From contig CAVTNB010000001.1 of NCBI GenBank assembly GCA_963736005.1, positions 896,001 through 960,000 of the forward strand: a stretch of DNA of 64,000 nt. The letters run 5' to 3'. The notes under the pieces were generated by a model. It saw only the letters and a list, made by a program, of their open reading frames with translations. It searched no databases and was not told where the DNA came from. The position numbers were made by a program, and so were the translations under genes. Positions 60,407 to 64,000 of this stretch are shown here, piece by piece; position 1 is the stretch's first letter; each line of letters starts with the position of its first letter. Origin of the DNA: an uncultured Pseudomonadota bacterium (lineage in GTDB: Bacteria > Vulcanimicrobiota > Vulcanimicrobiia > Eremiobacterales > Eremiobacteraceae).

Positions 60407-61405
60407 TTATGGCGTGCTGGTCTGCTGTGTGAAGCCAGCGGGAGGCCCGAACAACGAACTGTCGCCCGAACTGAGATCCTTGACGTCTCCCCGCTCGATC
60501 AGTGTTGAAAAGCCACCCGACATTGCTCCTTGTTGCGCCTGAGCGCTCCCATTGATGGTCAGGAGCTCCCACATCACAAGGCGGCCGGAGGGAGCCGTCG
60601 GACCGATGTGCACTCGCGTCGTGGCCTTCGGTACGCAGCCCGGCTTGAACGATGCAGTTTCGGGATTTGTATTCCTTGGCATCGCCATGTGAGGCAGTTT
60701 GGTAACGGAAACCGGCCAGTGTATGCTCGGCTCCGCATACCTTGACACGAACTCAGTCATGGTCGTTTGAAACGTTCCGTTGGTGCACGAGCCGGTGGCC
60801 TGTGACGAAACGATCTTGAAGGTCAATTGATAGCCGTCTGTATCGACACCCCCTAGATTCTTGGAACCGAGTGAGGTCGTGCTGACGGTAATCGTCACCT
60901 TTGACGTGCCTGGTTGGGATGGCGGCATCGTTCCTTGCGGTCCGGGTTGCTGCTGAACTGGCGGTACGTAGGTCTGCGCCGTATTCGGAGACGTGATCCA
61001 GTACGTCTTATTGGCGAAATTTAAGTGAATGTACTGAGCTTTGTCAGGCAGCGTGATCGTTCCGGTTTGACCGGTGATGTCGTCTTCGCGCTCCATGTTG
61101 GCGAGATAATAATACGTACTTGGCGTGCCGTTACTCAAGGAGCTCAGCGCGCTCTTCATCTGGTTAAAGGCGGCAAACAAGCCATGACTGCTGCTCGCCT
61201 TCGCAGGCTGTGCCGATTGCCAGTCGGCATCGAACGAGCCATTCTTGTAGCTGCCTGGTGCGGGCGCACTTTGGCCCATGACGATCTTAACTATTTCGTT
61301 GTAGCTGATGTCGCTTGACGCAGCCTGGACGGGGGTGAGCCCAGCACCAGCGACGAGGACGACTACAAAAAGAAGCGCAGCGCTGATGCAAACGCGAAAA
61401 ACCAT
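60407..61405 (-). CDS. Secreted hypothetical protein
   Basis: Signal peptide; GGAGG RBS; ends LFGPPAGF. Confidence 0.75.
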   Translation of the reverse strand: MVFRVCISAALLFVVVLVAGAGLTPVQAASSDISYNEIVKIVMGQSAPAPGSYKNGSFDADWQSAQPAKASSSHGLFAAFNQMKSALSSLSNGTPSTYYYLANMEREDDITGQTGTITLPDKAQYIHLNFANKTYWITSPNTAQTYVPPVQQQPGPQGTMPPSQPGTSKVTITVSTTSLGSKNLGGVDTDGYQLTFKIVSSQATGSCTNGTFQTTMTEFVSRYAEPSIHWPVSVTKLPHMAMPRNTNPETASFKPGCVPKATTRVHIGPTAPSGRLVMWELLTINGSAQAQQGAMSGGFSTLIERGDVKDLSSGDSSLFGPPAGFTQQTSTP

Positions 61406-61482
61406 GTTGCCTCCAAATCAAGCAAACAAGTTGAGGTGTGGTTTTGGCGGATTGTCTTGCGCACCCTGCGTGCGCTACGCTA

Positions 61483-61614
61483 CTAGAACGCTGCGGTTTC
61501 GTGGATGCGGTCGAGGCGACCGTCCGAGCGAGCGGACTCGCTTGCGCGAAGCAAGGCTGGCACGAGGAGCGAGACGGATGCGGCAACGAGAGTAAATGCG
61601 ACGAGCCACTTCAT
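61483..61614 (-). CDS. 43-aa single-TM micro-protein
   Basis: MKWLVAFTLVAASVSLLVPALL...; too short for the ORF track. Confidence 0.4.
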   Translation of the reverse strand: MKWLVAFTLVAASVSLLVPALLRASESARSDGRLDRIHETAAF

Positions 61615-61716
61615 GGGTACAATGATACCTCTACACACAAGACTTAGGCTTGAGGCGTTTGTGACAGATTCAGGGCACGAAAGTGCCCTCGCGCTAGTGA
61701 GGCGGACCCTACAACG

Positions 61717-61740
61717 GCGGACCTAAAGGGTCGCTGCTAC
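61717..61740 (-). repeat. REP class D (slightly degenerate)
   Basis: gcggacctaaagggtcgctgctac. Confidence 0.75.
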
Positions 61741-61790
61741 GCGGGGCGAGTACCCAATCGTCCCCGGCAAAGCGGAGGTAGCCAAATCGG

Positions 61791-61982
61791 ATGCAGGTTG
61801 GGAAACGAGTGCGGGCGCTGCGCTCCATCGACCTCGGAGATGCAGGGAAGGTCGACAAAGGGGCCGTCGGCGTTCTCGAAAGCATGAACAACGGGCCTTA
61901 TATGCCATACCTGGTGCGGTTTCCCAGCGGAACCTTCGCCTTCGAGGAGGGTGAGATCGAAGAGGCGGAACCCGATTCCTGA
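61791..61982 (+). CDS. Small SH3-like beta-barrel protein
   Basis: GGAGG RBS; VGKRVRA...G.VG...YLVRF...EEGEI pattern. Confidence 0.6.
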   Translation: MQVGKRVRALRSIDLGDAGKVDKGAVGVLESMNNGPYMPYLVRFPSGTFAFEEGEIEEAEPDS

Positions 61983-62048
61983 AAAGGCCCTGAAAGGCAA
62001 AACGCTGCGCCGCAGGCTGCGTTCTCAAAGGGTGCCGAACTAGTAAGC

Positions 62049-62723
62049 ATGAGAGTTTTGCTCGTTGAAGACGATCCCAGTTTAGCGGCATCGCTGCGCC
62101 GCGCGCTCGAAGCGCAAAAGTTCTCCGTGACGTCCGTCGGCGATGGCGACAACGGGCTTCACGAACTCTGCGGCAATGATTATCAAATCGCGATCCTCGA
62201 CGTGCTACTCCCCAAGCGCGATGGCATCTCCGTGTGCGCAGAGGCACGCCGGCAGGGGATTTCGACCCCCATTCTCATGCTGACAGCGCGCAATGCCGTG
62301 ACGGATCGCGTCACCGGACTCAACAGCGGTGCGGATGATTACCTGCCAAAGCCATTTGCCTTTCCCGAACTGTTGGCTCGCGTTCATGCACTGCTGCGTC
62401 GCCCAAAAAACGAAGTCAAGCCGCGCGCGGTCAGCGTGGGAAAACTTTCCATCGACGTGCTGCGACACCAGACCACGTGCGATGGCCGAGTGCTCCATCT
62501 GACCCGGACTGAGTACCGGCTCTTACTCTACCTGATGGAAAACGCCGGCATCGTCCTTACGAAAGACGCAATTTTGGACCGGCTCTGGGGCGGCGAACAC
62601 GGAGGAAACTCCAACATCCTCGAAGTCTACGTTAAGATGCTGCGACGCAAGTTGACCGCTGCCTGTGGCGATCAGTTTATTCGCACGGTGCGGGGCGTGG
62701 GCTATACCATCGACAAAGCATGA
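62049..62723 (+). CDS. OmpR-family response regulator
   Basis: VEDD, LDVLLP, LTA, GADDYLPKPF, TVRGVGY. Confidence 0.96.
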   Translation: MRVLLVEDDPSLAASLRRALEAQKFSVTSVGDGDNGLHELCGNDYQIAILDVLLPKRDGISVCAEARRQGISTPILMLTARNAVTDRVTGLNSGADDYLPKPFAFPELLARVHALLRRPKNEVKPRAVSVGKLSIDVLRHQTTCDGRVLHLTRTEYRLLLYLMENAGIVLTKDAILDRLWGGEHGGNSNILEVYVKMLRRKLTAACGDQFIRTVRGVGYTIDKA

Positions 62724-63709
62724 TCGATAGACGGGGTGTGATGACCAATATCGGAGCACCCAGAGTGCGCCTCACCCTCGCGTATGCTGGACTCCTCGTT
62801 CTGCTGCTCGCCACGTTCTCGATCATCGTGTACGTGCTGTTGTCCATTGTCGTCCTCCAAGACATCGAGCCATTCCGAGACGATGCGGGGATCGTGGCGG
62901 CGGCGCATCGCATGCTGGAAGTGTACGTGGTGCGCTTGCTTATCGCGAATGCAGTCGGTCTCGTGCTTGTCGTGGCGATCGCCGCCTTTCTCGCGAAGAT
63001 CACGCTGCGGCCACTCGAACGCGCGATCGCGCTCCAACGCCAATTTACAAACGACGCCTCCCACGACCTACGTACTCCCCTCGCTGTCATCCGTACCGAA
63101 GCATCTGTCGGGCTCACCGATACGGCGCTCGGAACGGACTATGTGGAGCGGCTCCGCATCATTGACGAGCAGGCGCAGCGCATGCAGCGTTTGATCGACC
63201 AACTTATCACCCTATCGCATCTTGATGCAGATAGCGCGCTCGATCGCGAACCGACCGACCTTCGAGTCGTGGTGAACGGTGTCGTGCGAGATCTTGGCCC
63301 GCTCGCGGAGGCGCGCTCCGTCGATTTAAAGGTCTGCCGCAGCGAAAGTGCCGTCGTGATGGGCGACGAACTCAAGCTTTCGCAGCTGGTCGGCAATCTT
63401 ATCGATAACGCCATCAAACATGGTCGCGAACAATCGACCGTCGACATCTCCGTCTGGCAGAACCGCGACACCGCATACGTCGCGATCAGCGACGAAGGCC
63501 ACGGCATTGCCCCAACGGACCTCGAGCGGATTTTCGAGCGCTATCAGCGGGTCAATGGATCGGCGAGCAACGGCGTCAACGAAGTTCACGGTCTTGGTCT
63601 GCCCCTGTGCCGCTGGATCGCGCGCGCGCACGGCGGTGAGGTCTCAGTACAGAGCGCACTTGGACAGGGCAGCACATTTACGGTCCGCCTTCCGGCGATG
63701 ACCGCCTAA
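62720..63709 (+). CDS. Sensor histidine kinase
   Basis: Two TMs; SHDLRTPL, NLIDNA, DEGHG, GLGL. Confidence 0.95.
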   Translation: MIDRRGVMTNIGAPRVRLTLAYAGLLVLLLATFSIIVYVLLSIVVLQDIEPFRDDAGIVAAAHRMLEVYVVRLLIANAVGLVLVVAIAAFLAKITLRPLERAIALQRQFTNDASHDLRTPLAVIRTEASVGLTDTALGTDYVERLRIIDEQAQRMQRLIDQLITLSHLDADSALDREPTDLRVVVNGVVRDLGPLAEARSVDLKVCRSESAVVMGDELKLSQLVGNLIDNAIKHGREQSTVDISVWQNRDTAYVAISDEGHGIAPTDLERIFERYQRVNGSASNGVNEVHGLGLPLCRWIARAHGGEVSVQSALGQGSTFTVRLPAMTA

Positions 63710-63711
63710 AT

Positions 63712-63803
63712 GTAGCGGCGGACCTTTAGGTCCGCCTGTAGCAGGCGATGTGAGCGTGGCGACGTCAGTCGCCCATGTAGGGGGGCGATTGGAAAATCGC
63801 CCC
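63712..63803 (+). repeat. Mixed REP cluster D + B-like + A
   Basis: gtagcggcggacctttaggtccgcc 63712-63736; ggcgacgtcagtcgcc 63758-63773; gtaggggggcgattggaaaatcgcccc 63777-63803. Confidence 0.9.
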
Positions 63804-63817
63804 AAAGGAGAACAAGC

Positions 63818-64000
63818 ATGACAGATACCGCTCAGGGCGCTTTTACTCGAAGGTTAACCGTCGTCGCGGCGCTCGCACTTGCCATGGGCGGCGTGTTGCT
63901 CCTCCCCGCAAGTCAGCCGGCTCGCGCGACCGTACCCATGGCGATCGAGCTCGCGGACAAAGTGCTCTCAACCCCGGGCGCGCTCGAGGACGAGAGTCCG
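63818..64000 (+). CDS. Secreted protein, truncated by window end
   Basis: AAGGAG RBS; ATG; signal peptide ending PARA; frame open to the edge. Confidence 0.65.
   Translation, partial: MTDTAQGAFTRRLTVVAALALAMGGVLLLPASQPARATVPMAIELADKVLSTPGALEDESP

Noticed and set aside
61737..62000. 87-aa minus-strand ORF ending at a REP GTAG
   Set aside because: The overlapping + strand ORF 61791-61982 has an RBS and a more protein-like pattern

Overview
A 64 kb GC-rich bacterial chromosomal window. Gene content (Firmicutes-like nusA-ylxR-infB-rbfA-DHH-truB-ribF block, hopanoid hpnK/hpnI genes, an outer-membrane beta-barrel protein) suggests a diderm soil lineage such as Eremiobacterota; this placement is inference only. 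About 60 CDSs cover translation, 5-oxoprolinase, peptidases, a GH92 fusion, sulfate activation, a YtrA-type ABC operon and a two-component system. The main signal is a REP-associated tyrosine transposase (RAYT, 16233-16694) plus more than 30 short hairpins. These fall into four sequence-distinct classes (A-D) whose intact copies share one geometry: GTAG + 1 nt + 8-bp stem + 4-nt loop + 8-bp stem. They stack in mixed clusters, sit co-oriented at gene 3' ends, supply several stop codons, and are translated in-frame inside at least four proteins, including a six-copy array. Other candidates: a Cyc2-like cytochrome-porin paired with a cupredoxin lipoprotein, a 6S-RNA-like rod, a promoter plus attenuator directly before nusA, micro-ORFs flanking the YtrA operon, and a catalytically dead rhomboid. 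All family assignments come from motif recognition, not database searches.
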